Below, in pieces: positions 40,691 through 53,308 of a stretch of DNA of 64,000 nt (positions are counted from its first letter, which is position 1; each line of letters opens with the position of its first letter). Where the stretch lies: positions 10,974,001-11,038,000 of the forward strand of contig OX597830.1 of the NCBI GenBank assembly GCA_951406725.2, in the 5' to 3' direction. The notes beneath the pieces are model-generated. The model ran no database searches. It was not told the DNA's origin and saw nothing but the letters and a program-made list of their open reading frames with translations. Position numbers and translations under genes: made by a program. Source of the stretch: Octopus vulgaris (taxonomy: Eukaryota).

Positions 40691-40879
40691 ATGTGTGGTA
40701 AGAAGCTTGCTTCCCAACCACATAGTTCCAGGTTCAGTCCAACTGTGTGGAACCTTGGAGCACCTATAGCAGGGTACCTATAGCCTCGGCTCAAACAAAG
40801 CCTTGTTAGTGGATTTGGTAGACAGAAACTGAAAGAAGTCCGTCATATATATATGTATATATATGTATATATATATATG

Positions 40880-41303
40880 GCAACCGTGTCGGTGGCACGT
40901 AAAAGCACCATCCGTTCGCGTCCGTTGCCAGCCTCGGCTGGCCCCCGTGCCGGTGACACGTAAAAGCACTGTCCGTTGGTGGCCGGTTGCCAGCTCTGTC
41001 TGGCCCCGTGTCGGTGGCACGTAAAAGCACCATCCGTTCGTGTCCGTTGCCAACATCGCCTGGCCCCGTGCCGGTGACACGTAAAAGCACCATCCGTTCG
41101 TGGCCGTTCGCCAGCTCTGTCTGGCACCTGTGCAGGTGGCACGTAAAAAACACCCGCTACACTCGCGGAGTGGTTGGTGTTAGGAAGGGCATCCAGCCGT
41201 AGAAACACTGCCAGATCTGACTGGGCCTGACGAAGCCTTCCAGCTTCACAGACCCCAGTTGATATCAACCCATGCTAGCATGGAAAGCGGACGCTAACGA
41301 TGA

Positions 41304-41307
<4 letters not shown>
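40880..41307 (+). mobile_element. RTE 3' UTR fragment with an approximately 61-bp internal tandem array
   Basis: Four to five GTG.CGGTG.CACGTAAAAGCAC units, then the RTE terminus and a (GAT)n tail. Confidence 0.85.
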
Positions 41308-41336
<29 letters not shown>

Positions 41337-41339
<3 letters not shown>

Positions 41340-41710
41340 AGAGTTTACGAAAAAAACCAAAACACGAAGACAGGTGGTGTACAAAACAAACAGATGTATT
41401 AGTATAATGCTCAGGAATAGAAAAAAGTCTTTTACGTTTCGAGCCTACGCTCTTCTACAGAAAGGGACACAGAAAAAAACAAGGAGAGAAACAAGGAGAG
41501 AAAAAAATGTGTGTAGTGGCTAACGACAGTTGAAATTTACAGAAAAACAAAAAAAAAAAAGACAAAGTCAGATGTATAAACAACAAGTAGCTGTATTAGT
41601 TTGACACTCAGGAAAGTGAGGTCTTTTATATTTTGAGCCTATGCTCTTCAGCAGAAAGGAACACAAGAGAGAATAAAAAAAAACTTGTGGATTTAGTGGT
41701 CAATCATGGG
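41337..41710 (-). mobile_element. Two tandem Penelope-like terminal fragments with hammerhead-like motifs
   Basis: Motifs at 41429-41464 and 41623-41658; homologous to 2291-2478. Confidence 0.6.
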
Positions 41711-41944
41711 TGTGTGTGTGTGTGTGTGTGTATGTGGGTGTGTTTGTCCCCACCACCATCGCTTGACAACCTATGATGGTTTCTTTACATTCCAGTAACT
41801 TAGCAGTTCGACAAAAGAGTCCGATAGAAGAAGTACTAGGCTTACAAAGAATAAGTCCTGAGACCAATTTCTTCAACTAAAGGTGATGCCCCAGCATAGC
41901 CACAGTCAAATGACTGAAACACATAAAAGAATAAAAGAAAAAAA

Positions 41945-42350
41945 GAGGCTGTGTGGTAAGTAGCTTGCTTACCAATCACATGGTTCCGGGTTCAGTCCCA
42001 CTGCGTGGCACCTTAAGCAAGTGTCTTCTGCTATAGCCCCAGGCTGACCAATGCCTTGTGAGTGGATTTGGTAGACGGAAACTGAAAGAAGCCTGTCATA
42101 TATATGTATATATATATATATGTGTATGTGTGTGTGTATGTTTGTGTGTCTGTGTTTGTCCCCCTAGCATTGCTTGACAACCGATGCTGGTGTGTTTACG
42201 TCCCCGTCACTTGGCGGTTCGGCAAAAGAGACTGATAAAATAAGTACTGGGTTTACAAAGAATAAGTCCCGGGGTCGATTTGCTCGACTAAAAGCGGTGC
42301 TCCAGCATAGCCACAGTCAAATGACTGAAACACATAAAAGAAATAAAGAA
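41945..42350 (+). mobile_element. SINE family A, young full-length copy
   Basis: Close to the family consensus. Confidence 0.9.
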
Positions 42351-42636
42351 ATACATACGGGTGGCACGTAAAAAGCACCCACTACACTCACGGAGTGGTT
42401 GGCGTTAGGAAGGGCATCCAGCCGTAGAAACACTGCCAGATTTGACTGGGCCTGATGAAGCCTTCTGGCTTCACAGACCCCAGTAGAACCGTCCAACCCA
42501 TGCTAGCATGGAAAACGGACGCTAAACGATGATGATGATGATGATGATGATACACACACACACACACACACACACAAAGTCTTCTTCGTTTTAAGTTTGG
42601 CCATGAATTTGATATGAAAACTGAAAAGCAACACAT

Positions 42637-42678
<42 letters not shown>

Positions 42679-43076
42679 GGTTAAACATGTGTCTTGTGGT
42701 AAACACATCAGTGGCAAATGACAAGAAGACCGAGATATCCATCTGACTGTAGAGATAAACAGTTATTATCACTGGATTGTCTTACTGTTTACACATTTAA
42801 TTGTATTTCAATATATGCATGTGTGTCTTGTTATTGTTTACACGCTTGCCTACACATGGTAGATCAACGCACACACACACACATATATGTATGTGTATGT
42901 ATATGTAAGTGTATTATATATGTATGTATGTATATACATTCACAAAACAGGTGCAATATAAGTCAATGCACCAAGCAACCTATTCTTGGATATCATAAAA
43001 CAAAACCAGATAAGAATTTGCATGCATTTCTATGAGTGTGTGTGTATATATAAATATATATGTGTGTGTGTGTGTG

Positions 43077-43122
<46 letters not shown>

Positions 43123-43144
43123 CATTTGTGTGTGTGTATATAGC

Positions 43145-43610
43145 ATGCAATAACAGGGGAAATGTATAGCTAGCGTGAATGTATGTATAAATGGAGTTAT
43201 TAATAATTCATTGCCATCAGTCTCATCTCTGAAATTCAAAATTCATCAATCATATTAGTCAATCTATGAGAATTAGAGGATTTCCACATAGAATTCACAC
43301 ACTGGCTGTTCATGTTGCCGTATCAAAATTGAGAGAATCTTCTTTCCTGAGCATGGAATATATGGAACAGATAACTTTGGAATTTTCCTAAAATGATTAT
43401 GTCTCCTGCATGTGATAGTTTTAATTATAATTAAAAAGGGAAAGGTGTTAATTGGGAAAATGAAAGTTCTTTGATACAAGTCTCTAAATGAGTATTAATA
43501 AACAGATATTATTTGTCCTTAGGTGAATGGAAAATAAAATTAAGAGCAAGATCCTAATTGTTAGTATTATGGTTAAAAGAGGACACTCAAAATCCAAGAC
43601 CTTGGTAAAA
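43145..43610 (-). pseudogene. Highly decayed Penelope-like RT C-terminal/linker fragment
   Basis: Minus-strand pieces TNN*DLALNF, ISVINT and KLSVPYIPCSGKKILSIL resemble PLE YRKPT..YLNF.S.HP..K.SVI and LPYI..SEKI..IL motifs. Confidence 0.4.
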
Positions 43611-43869
43611 TACACCAAAAACTGAATCAATGGATGGCCAAGTAGACATCACAGCTAAGCCACAGTACTTTCACATGATCAGCCAATTAACCGACCAATC
43701 AGTGTCAAGCCATTGCGTGATTCAACTTTCACATTGAGCCCCATATAAAGGTGAATTTTGGCAGAAACTCCTGAATGTTGAGACCACCACTCAATGTCTC
43801 CGTTCTCAGTCCATCACCAGTTCTTGGCAGATAGAAGGCATAGATTAGTCATCATGAATATAACATGAT

Positions 43870-44420
43870 TATTTTCCAGTTATGATGGGCCTGCCGTAAT
43901 TTCTCTGCTGTACACAACAACCACCAACTAGTCCATTGATTTATAGTCTACTTCTTCCTCAAACATGCCATTCTCCACTTTCCTGTACACTTAATATAGT
44001 TATCTCTGAGTTGCCATACATATTTTGATAAGAATATTGATATATTTTTCTCTTTATCTTGAAAGGAGATAGTATCTTTTCTTAAACCTTCCTTCTGTCA
44101 TTCCAGCATACATTTAATTTGTTTCATTTTCCTCATTCTTGTTCGTAGACTGACTCCCACTTCTTATACAACTGTTGTGGCATTGCAAATGTGGTTAAAT
44201 GAGTATATAACTTTGTTCTTGCAGGTGCATATATCAACTACAAATTCATAATTTTACAGGCTAAAAGAGTTTTAATGTTAGGGCCACTACTGTACATCAA
44301 AAGCCATTTCTGTTGAAAACAGTCCTTTTCATAATAGTTAAAATTTACCAGGATTTTTTCAGTTTCTGTCACAGTTTGAATTTTTTTCAATTTTGTTCCA
44401 GTTGTTTTCAAATTTAGTAT
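43870..44420 (-). pseudogene. Penelope-like retroelement GIY-YIG endonuclease remnant
   Basis: Colinear minus-strand motifs FNRN, YSSGPNIKTLL, CTCKNK..C...VV*, YAGMTEGRFKKRYY, LSKYVWQLRD and LLCTAEK match the PLE Zn-linker plus GIY-YIG layout; stops and frameshifts present. Confidence 0.8.
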
Positions 44421-44881
44421 ACTAATTTAGTTTTGTATGCTAATTAGGAAAATGAAATTCATTTTTGCTATAAATTAATAAATAAAAGGTTAATAGCTTT
44501 CAAAATTAGCATATTTGGATAATTTGAGCCAACCAAAAGTTACCATTATACACATAACTGTAAATCTCACATTGGTGTTTTGTTTCCATAGTGACAAGCA
44601 AAGCTTTTGTCTTCTCTGTTTTCAATGTGACAAGGGCACTGAACTCACATGACCATCACACTTTCACCATCTCAACCATCACCACAAGTTTTGATGAGAA
44701 CCGTTTTGTGACAGACAGCTATCATGCAGAAAATGCCAGCTTCCCAATACTGCTTTTTGATTGGCTAAATATTATCAAACACTGAACCTCTGTAACATGT
44801 TACTAAATTTTTTTCTGGAAGAAAAGAATCCTATATTCAGATTCAGCATGAAAAATTACATCAATCTACCAAATTTGAGAC

Positions 44882-45130
44882 AAAACTCTTTGTAACACCA
44901 AAGATGAACTGAAGGCAAGGATTATGGCAGCATTCTCCAACTTAAACAAGGAGACCATCCAAAAGAGTTGCAGGAGATTCCAAAGTCATCGAGAGGGTAT
45001 GGTTGAAGGCAATGGCGATTTTATTGAATAAATTTACTTTTTATGCAATTTTGGTAAATATCTCTGTTAAAATGAGATGCCAGTGTTATTTTCATTTTTG
45101 CGTAATTTAGACAACAATTTATTCACCACT
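44882..45130 (+). mobile_element. 3' fragment of the DD37D transposon
   Basis: Near-identical to 10488-10735 (CNTKDELKARIMAAF...FIE*). Confidence 0.9.
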
Positions 45131-45159
45131 GTGTGTGTGTGTGTGTGTGTGTATTTAGG

Positions 45160-45528
45160 CTCAGGTATGGCTATATGGTAAGACGCTTGCTTCCTAACCA
45201 CATGGTGCCGGGTTCAGTCGCACTGCATGGCACCTTGAGCAAGTGCCTTCTACTACACCTCAGGCTGACCAAAGCTTTGTGAGTGGATTTGGTAGACGGA
45301 AACTGAAAGAAGCCCATTGTATATATGTATGTATATGTATGTATGTATGTATGTATGTATATATATATATGTATGTACGACAGGCTTCTGTCTACCAAAT
45401 CCACTCACAAAGATTTGGTTGGCCCGACGCTATAGTAGAAGACACTTGCTCAAGGTGCCACGCAGTGGGACTGAACCCGGAACCATGTGGTTGGGAAGCA
45501 AGCTTCTTACCACACAGCCACTCCTGTA
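45160..45528. mobile_element. Two SINE family A 5' halves in inverted orientation
   Basis: Plus copy 45160-45320 and minus copy 45376-45528 joined through a TA/TG microsatellite. Confidence 0.8.
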
Positions 45529-45821
45529 CCTTACTTATATATATATATATATAGAGAGAGATATATATATATACACACACACACATACAATTACATGGAT
45601 TTTGAAAGCTGGAGGGTAAGAAAGCTAGAGGTTAAAAAAAAAAATGAGAGAAAATTAATGTAAAATTCAAAAATCCCAAAAAGAGATTCTTAATTCTTAA
45701 ATTATTCTTCAGTCTTGCAGCAGTTCTCTGTTGGAATATTTCTCACATCAGAGAAGATATGACAAATAAACAAAGAAGAAGATAAGCTCACAACAGCTGT
45801 TATTAATGCCCTCACCCACCC

Positions 45822-45859
<38 letters not shown>

Positions 45860-46319
45860 TTGTAAAATCTCTTTAGTTACTTTCTGTAATACCCTATTCC
45901 CATTCATTCTCTCTCTGCCACCATATGGCAAATTAATGGAAAACACTAGAAATTGTCTGTCTATTGTAAAATAAGGATACCATGGCAACTTGTATTTCTG
46001 TTTCGCTTTTATTGAATAAATTTGTTTATTTTGCTCAAAATAGTCACTGAATTTCAAGTTCCTGCTCATTGTAGGCGAGACATTACCACCTTCATAAACA
46101 TTAACAAACCAAAACAAAAACAGCTCCAAGACTTAGTAATGTCTTTTGTTCTTAGGTTGGTTTGCATTCTTTTGTTTACATTCTTACTTAATACAAATTA
46201 TTTTCTATAGTTGGCTGTGTGTGGGTGTGATATAAGCACACACATTCAGGTATATGTGTGTGAGTGTAAAAATATATATACACACACACATATATATATA
46301 TACACACACATATATATAT

Positions 46320-46612
<293 letters not shown>

Positions 46613-46636
46613 AAAAAAAAAAAAAAATATATATAT

Positions 46637-47035
46637 AAGGCGAGCTGGCAGAAACGTTAGCACACCGGGCGAAATGCGTGGCCGTGTTTCGTCTGCCGCT
46701 ACGTTCTGAGTTCAAATTCCGCCGAGGTCGACTTTGCCTTTCATCCTTTCGGGGTCGATAAATAAAGTATCAGTTACGCACTGGGGTCGATGCAATCGAC
46801 TTAATCCGTTTGTCTGTCCTTGCTTATCCTCTCTGTGTTTAGCCCCTTGTGGGTAGTAAAGAAATAGGTATTTCACTCGTTGCTACGTTCTGAGTTCAAA
46901 TTGCGCCGAGGTCGACTTTGCCTTTCATCCTTTCGGGGTCGATAAATAAAGTATCAGTTACGCACTGGGGTCGATGTAATAGACTTAATCCGTTTGTCCC
47001 CTCTATGTTTAGCCCCTTGTGGGCAATAAAGAAAA
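46637..47035 (+). mobile_element. SINE family B dimer
   Basis: Head unit plus a second unit joined at GAAATAGGTATTTC. Confidence 0.9.
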
Positions 47036-47454
47036 TATATATATATATATCATCAGCATTTAACGTCCGTTGTCCATACTGGCATGGGTTGGACGGTTTG
47101 ACCAGGACTAGTAAACTGGAACGCTGCATCAGACTCCGGTCTGATTTCGCATGGTTCTCTACAGCTGGATGACCTTCCTAATGCCAACCACTCTGAGAGT
47201 GTAATGGATGCTTTTATGTGCCATATGTGTGACACCAGTATCTTTCACGACATAATGCCAAAAGTCTTGATCATTGCCTCCATGAGGCCCAATACTCAAA
47301 ACAAACTCAGCCACTTTGCCTCCGAGGCCCAACACTCAAAAGGAACTCAGCCACTTTGCCTCCAAGAGGCACAACACTCAAAGGGGGCTCTTTACATGCC
47401 ACCAGCACGAGTTCCAGTTACGTGACACCAGTATCAGCCATGACTATGATTTCA

Positions 47455-47493
<39 letters not shown>

Positions 47494-47634
47494 TTTATTT
47501 TAAGCAGCAGAAAATTCAACAAATATGCTTAAAATAAAGCATATTACTCTACCACTGGTATTTGAGTACTCTTTTTTCCACCTTGTTTCACATTTATGTG
47601 TTTACTCCGGTATATATAGATATATACATATATA

Positions 47635-47915
47635 AGAGAGTGACCACTATATGGTCGACTCTGGCGCTAAAAATAGATCCGCTATGGTATTAGCCACTAA
47701 AAAATTGTTTCGAAGGAAAGTCAGCACAACATTTAACGTAAACGAGCAGGGCTTTGAAAAATAGCAAAAAATATAGATTAACTCTGGACAATTGTTTCGC
47801 TATTAATGTAAATGCAATTTTACATGTTTTTACATGGTTTTTTATGCGCTAAGCCACTTGGTGTTAAATTGATGGTATTATTAAATTAATATCCAACTTT
47901 CCACCCTTATTTTTT
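47635..47915 (+). mobile_element. TA-embedded repeat (family F) with a half-hammerhead
   Basis: Shared ends with 31140-31320; minus strand reads GCGAAAC-AATT-GTC-CAGAG at 47782-47800. Confidence 0.6.
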
Positions 47916-47920
47916 GATTT

Positions 47921-47979
<59 letters not shown>

Positions 47980-48168
47980 TGCAGCATAGAAGGTGTTTAT
48001 AATCCATTTAAGAAACACACAAAAACCGTTAGATTCACTTCAACATTTAAATTTAATTTGTCAGAATATTGCTCTACCTTTGGTATTTGAGTACTATTCT
48101 TTCCACCTTGTTTTGCGCTTATGTGCTCACCTGTGTGTGTATATATATATATATATGTATATATATAG

Positions 48169-48515
48169 TGGAGGCGCAATAGCCAAGTGGTTTGGGCAGC
48201 AAACTTGCGGTCACAGGATTGCAGTTTCAATTCCCTGACCAGGCATTGTGTTTATTGAGCGAAAGCACCTAAAGCTCCACGAGGCTCCGGCAGGTGGTGG
48301 TGGCGAACCCTGCTATACTCTTTCTTCCTGTTTCTGTTGTACCCGTATTTCAAAGGGGCCAGCCTTGTCACACCCTCTGTCACGCTGAATCTCCCCGAGA
48401 ACTACATTAAGGGTACACATTTCTGTGGAGTGCTCAGCCACTTACATGTTAATTTCATCAGCAGTTGATCAGATCAACTGGAACCCTCGTCATCATAACC
48501 AACGGAGCGCCACAA
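48169..48515 (+). mobile_element. SINE family C (tRNA-derived)
   Basis: GGAGGCGCAATAGCCAAGTGG head; tail shared with 40105-40690 and 60295-60415. Confidence 0.8.
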
Positions 48516-48517
48516 CC

Positions 48518-48568
<51 letters not shown>

Positions 48569-49139
48569 TTATACACACACAACAGCCTTTTTTTCAGTTT
48601 TTGTCAACCAAATCTATTTACAAGGGTTTGGTTGACCCAGGGCTATAGTAGAAGACACTTGCCCAAGGTGCCACGCAGTGGGACTGAACCCAGAACCATG
48701 TCATTGAGAAGCAAACATCTTACCACTCAGTCACGCCTGTACCTCTGTGTGTGTGTGTGTGTGTGTGTTTAAAATCTTAGCTTCATTTACAAGCAAGTTT
48801 GGCTTGGTAATATGGCCCACATTTTTGATAATTGTTACCGAGCATTCTCGTCATAGAAAATTTGCCTCAACGAACTATCTGACCCATGCAAGCATGGAAA
48901 AGTGGATGTAAAAACGGTGATTGATGATGATGATGATGGATCTCAAAGACTAGACTCCCTTTTTGAGGTAATAAAGTACCTCGGCCCTGATCACTTTAAT
49001 GCAGATCTCATTAGATCTTTGCAGGGATCAAAGGAGACCCACATTAGAGTCATGTTCACATATCTGGGGTGATTGGGAAATTAGTTACACAAGCAACCAT
49101 TTTAATGTAGACCCAGTTTGCTCAGATTATCCCCATGTA

Positions 49140-49583
49140 AGAACCACCTGTACTGGTGCCACATAAAAACCACCTGTGCTGGTGCCACATAAGTACCTGT
49201 GCTGGTGCCACTTAAAAAGCGCCTGTGGCAGTGTCATGTAAAAAGCACCTGTGTTGGTGTCATGTAAAAACCACCAGTGCTGGTACCACATGAAAATCAC
49301 CTGTGCTGGTGTCACGAAAAAAGCACCTGTGTTGGTGCTACATAAAAAGCACCTGTGTTGGTACCAGTCGAAAAGCATCCATACTGGCGCCACATAAAGA
49401 GCACCCACTACATTCTGTAAAGTAGTTGGCATGAGAAAGGGCATCAAGCCATAGAAACCATACCAAAACAAATGATTGGAGCCTGGAGCAGTGAGCCCTC
49501 CTCTGGCTTGCCAGCTCCTGTTAAACCGTCTAACCCATGCCAGCATGGAAAACAGACGTTAAATGATGATGATGATGATGATG
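49140..49583 (+). mobile_element. RTE-type 3' UTR with an approximately 26-bp tandem array
   Basis: About ten AAAAGCACCTGTG(C/T)TGGTG units, then the RTE terminus and (GAT)n. Confidence 0.8.
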
Positions 49584-49614
49584 TAAAATATTTTATTCAT
49601 TGGACTGATTGACA

Positions 49615-49838
49615 GACATTTACCAACACACTACAACCATTGGCTCCTGGGTGCAGCAGTAGATGTTCCTCTCTGCCTCTTCTAAACAGGGTAGCCTCAT
49701 CCACCCTCTACCCAGACGCCTGCACAACAATGCCACCTCTTCGTCTCTTGTTAACACTACTCTGTTTTCCCTCCCAGATTTTTCACACAAAATATTTCTT
49801 CAACCAACTCCTTCCCAGAACTGCAACCTTCTGGAACC
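49615..49838 (+). mobile_element. Decayed CR1/Jockey-group LINE C-terminal fragment
   Basis: HTKYFFNQLLPRTATFWN resembles the RT..Y..SF.PRT..LWN terminus. Confidence 0.45.
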
Positions 49839-50529
49839 CACACACATACACACACACTCAAACACATGCATGCATGTGCACACAGATACACACAGAAATG
49901 CACATACAACCATGTGGGTGGGTTTTTTGAGGTGGGGGAGGTTCTTGCAGATGTTCAAACTACACAATAACCCCATCAATCTAATCAGTATGCAGAGGTC
50001 TACAGGCCTTACACTGCTTCTTTCACAAACTAATGGAAGAAATAATTGATGTGTATACATGTGTACACAAATGTGTGCATGTGTATGTGTGTGCATATGC
50101 ACATGTGTGTGTGTGTGTGTGGGTGGGTGGGTGAGAGAGAGAGAGAGAGAGAGGGTGTTTGCTCACCCTGTGATCGTTAGCAGAGCGGAGTAAAATATTA
50201 TGCAGTAGGATGGGCCCCAACCCCGAAACATCGTTTTGTCACAGATTCTTATCTTGGTGAAATATAATGCTGTGTAATAAAACAGTGACAGAAAATGCCA
50301 AAGAGAGACAAAAGAAAAGTTGCAGGGAAGCAGGTGGGGGGATGGTTTGGGGACAGGAAATTTGAAACCCTAAACTACTGGGTACAGAAACAGGAAAAAA
50401 AAAACAAAACAAGAATTTGCAGTTGTATCTGAGAAAGTGAAATATTATTGGTATTAAATGAATGGAAGAAGTTAAACTGATCATGGCCAGGACCTAAATA
50501 GAATTGACAGTATAGAATGTTACTTTGCC

Positions 50530-50629
50530 NNNNNNNNNNNNNNNNNNNNNNNNNNNNNNNNNNNNNNNNNNNNNNNNNNNNNNNNNNNNNNNNNNNNNNN
50601 NNNNNNNNNNNNNNNNNNNNNNNNNNNNN
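50530..50629. other. Assembly gap (100 N)
   Basis: Exactly 100 N, the usual placeholder for a gap of unknown size. Confidence 0.99.
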
Positions 50630-51558
50630 TGGTCAACTATCACAGTTATTGTTATAAAATACTCGTTTGAAAAAACAAAAAGCGAGGAAACCACAGTTTA
50701 AGGCAAAGTACTCAATGACATAAAGTAGAGTAGAAATAATTGTTTATTCAAATGATGGTACTTACATGACAAGAACTCCTATACAAGAACTCCTGACAGC
50801 AATATCATTGTGGAAATCTTTCTCTAACCTCTTCTTTAACCATCTGTTATTCCTTTCTCACAATCTTGTGAATCTACCCATTCTCTTTACCCTTCTCCCA
50901 ATCCACTGACCTTATCCTCTCTTATGCTCACCTTCTTGTACCTTAAAAGTTTGCTCTAGAACCTATCCCTACCATCTTTACCTTCTTCCCAGCTACTACT
51001 ACTCGTCCTCACATAATGTGGGGTGGCCATGTGTCTCCTCTATGGCAAGAGGAGACACATGTCCTCATGCTTTAACCTCTCAGCACCTGGTATAAAGCCA
51101 CCCCACCCCGTTTACAAATAACCCCCGTCGCCCTTAGTCATGGGGGAATCTACCTTTTTCCCATTCATTTTCTGTCTTGCAACTTACTCGGTGACTTCAC
51201 TAGTGTTGATGACCCGGCAAAAAAGCACCCGGTACACATTATAAGATGGTTGGCATTAAGGGGTGGGTCCAGTCGTAAAAAGAAACATACCAAAGTTGTC
51301 GCTGAAGCTTGGCATTGACCTGTGACTCACTGGATTTTGCAAATCCGTCCAACCCATGCCAGCATGAGTTAAATGAACATGATGACGATGTTGGTGTTGT
51401 TGTTGTAGTTGTTGATGATGATGACAACGATGATGATGAAAACCCTAGAATTTCATAATTTTCTTTGCACGTAGAAAAATTTGAAAGAGAAGACTTCGTG
51501 GCAAATCGTAAGTGCAGAAATCTGAATAAACGAAACTGACCCTCACATGTATCTAGAT

Positions 51559-51759
51559 CAGTGCTTTTCAAACTTTTTCCTGGAGAGGAACCCCAAGGAA
51601 ACATTCCACTGGCTCGAGGAACCCCTGAGCAATAATTTAATAGTCTTATGCACACATATCTGCACAGGAGAATTAAAAATTACTGCCGATTTTAGCAGTT
51701 CTGTAACTTCTTGTGGAACCCCTGGACTGTACTGGCGGAACCCTGGTTGAAAACCACTG
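51559..51759. mobile_element. hAT (Charlie-like) MITE
   Basis: 8-bp TSD ATCTAGAT on both sides; TIRs CAGTGCTTTTCAA / TTGAAAACCACTG. Confidence 0.9.
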
Positions 51760-52070
51760 ATCTAGATGGGACTGACTCCCTTTAAGTATTAAATAACATT
51801 TATAAGGTACCCTGATTGGTGCCAATACTGGGAAATGAACCGTGGAACCGTCGGTTCTTAATACGATAAGTCAACATCCTTTCGAGTCAGCTAGTTGCGT
51901 TCCTTCTCGTCGCTTTCTTTGCATCGATGAAAATATCCAAATCGAAAATAGATTTTTAAAAACTAAAATAGTTTCCAAAACTAAAATTATGGAAATCAGT
52001 AAAAAGAAAAAAAGAAGAAAAAAGGGCAAAAAAAAAAAGAAATTCCTTGACACAAATGAAATCATATCAA

Positions 52071-52400
<330 letters not shown>

Positions 52401-52482
52401 AAAGCCCGAACAGAGCGACAAGGAGAGAGGTTTCACTTCAATTGAAAACAATGTGTTTGTATTTGTGTGTGTGTGTGTGTGG

Positions 52483-52520
<38 letters not shown>

Positions 52521-52733
52521 GCCTATGGATGAGAGGCGTATGGGGTGGGGTGAAGCAGAGGCTTGTATGGGTGTGTGTAATGTGGAGAGTGTGGGAGTAC
52601 TGTGTTTGTGTTTGTGTGTGTGTATTCGCGTATGTGTGTGTGTGCTTGCGCGCATGTGTGTCTGCTTGCGTGTGTTTGCTTGCGTATATGTGTGCGTGTG
52701 TGCGTTTGTGTGTGTATGTGTGTGTTCATATGG

Positions 52734-52769
<36 letters not shown>

Positions 52770-52965
52770 ATGTGCGTGCGTACGCGAGTTATGAGTGTAA
52801 GATGGGCGTAGAGTATTTCAGGAGTGTGAAGTCCATAAGGACTAGGTGTGTGTGTATGTGTGAGTGTGTGTGAGTGTGCGTGTGTGTGTGTATATATGTG
52901 TGTGTGTGTGCGTGTTCGTGAGTGTTAAGTTTACGTGAATGCATGATGTACGTTTGTGTATAGTA

Positions 52966-53004
<39 letters not shown>

Positions 53005-53246
53005 GCTGAGAGAAAGGAAGATAGAGTAAGATTAGGGAACACGGTGAAAGGGAAGAGCCCCATCTCCCTATCCCACCCGACCCCTACAACCAAACACTCT
53101 ACTCCTCACCCCTCCATCCTTTCCTTCCCCCTTCTCTCCTATTCCCCCCTCACCACCCCACCATGCCCCAATCCCTACATTCTTTTCATATGTCAATCCT
53201 TCTCCTTATTCATAATTTCACTGAAAACGGCCTAAAACAATACGAA

Positions 53247-53307
<61 letters not shown>

Positions 53308-53308
<1 letters not shown>

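Noticed and set aside
41945-42010. tRNA genes at SINE heads (also 48169 and 63108)
   Set aside because: A and B boxes are present, but there is no complete cloverleaf and each continues into a SINE body.
45880-45940. NLPYGGRERMNGNRV resembling WWOX exon 3 (DLPYGWEQ)
   Set aside because: It lacks the Trp and an acceptor AG, and lies on the wrong side of exon 2.
49140-49400. CRISPR-like short repeat array
   Set aside because: Contiguous tandem units with no unique spacers, no cas genes, and located inside a eukaryotic RTE UTR.
49790-49835. FFNQL as the missing GAD GHPRFFNQL exon
   Set aside because: The context (LLPRTATFWN) fits a LINE C-terminus, not GAD.
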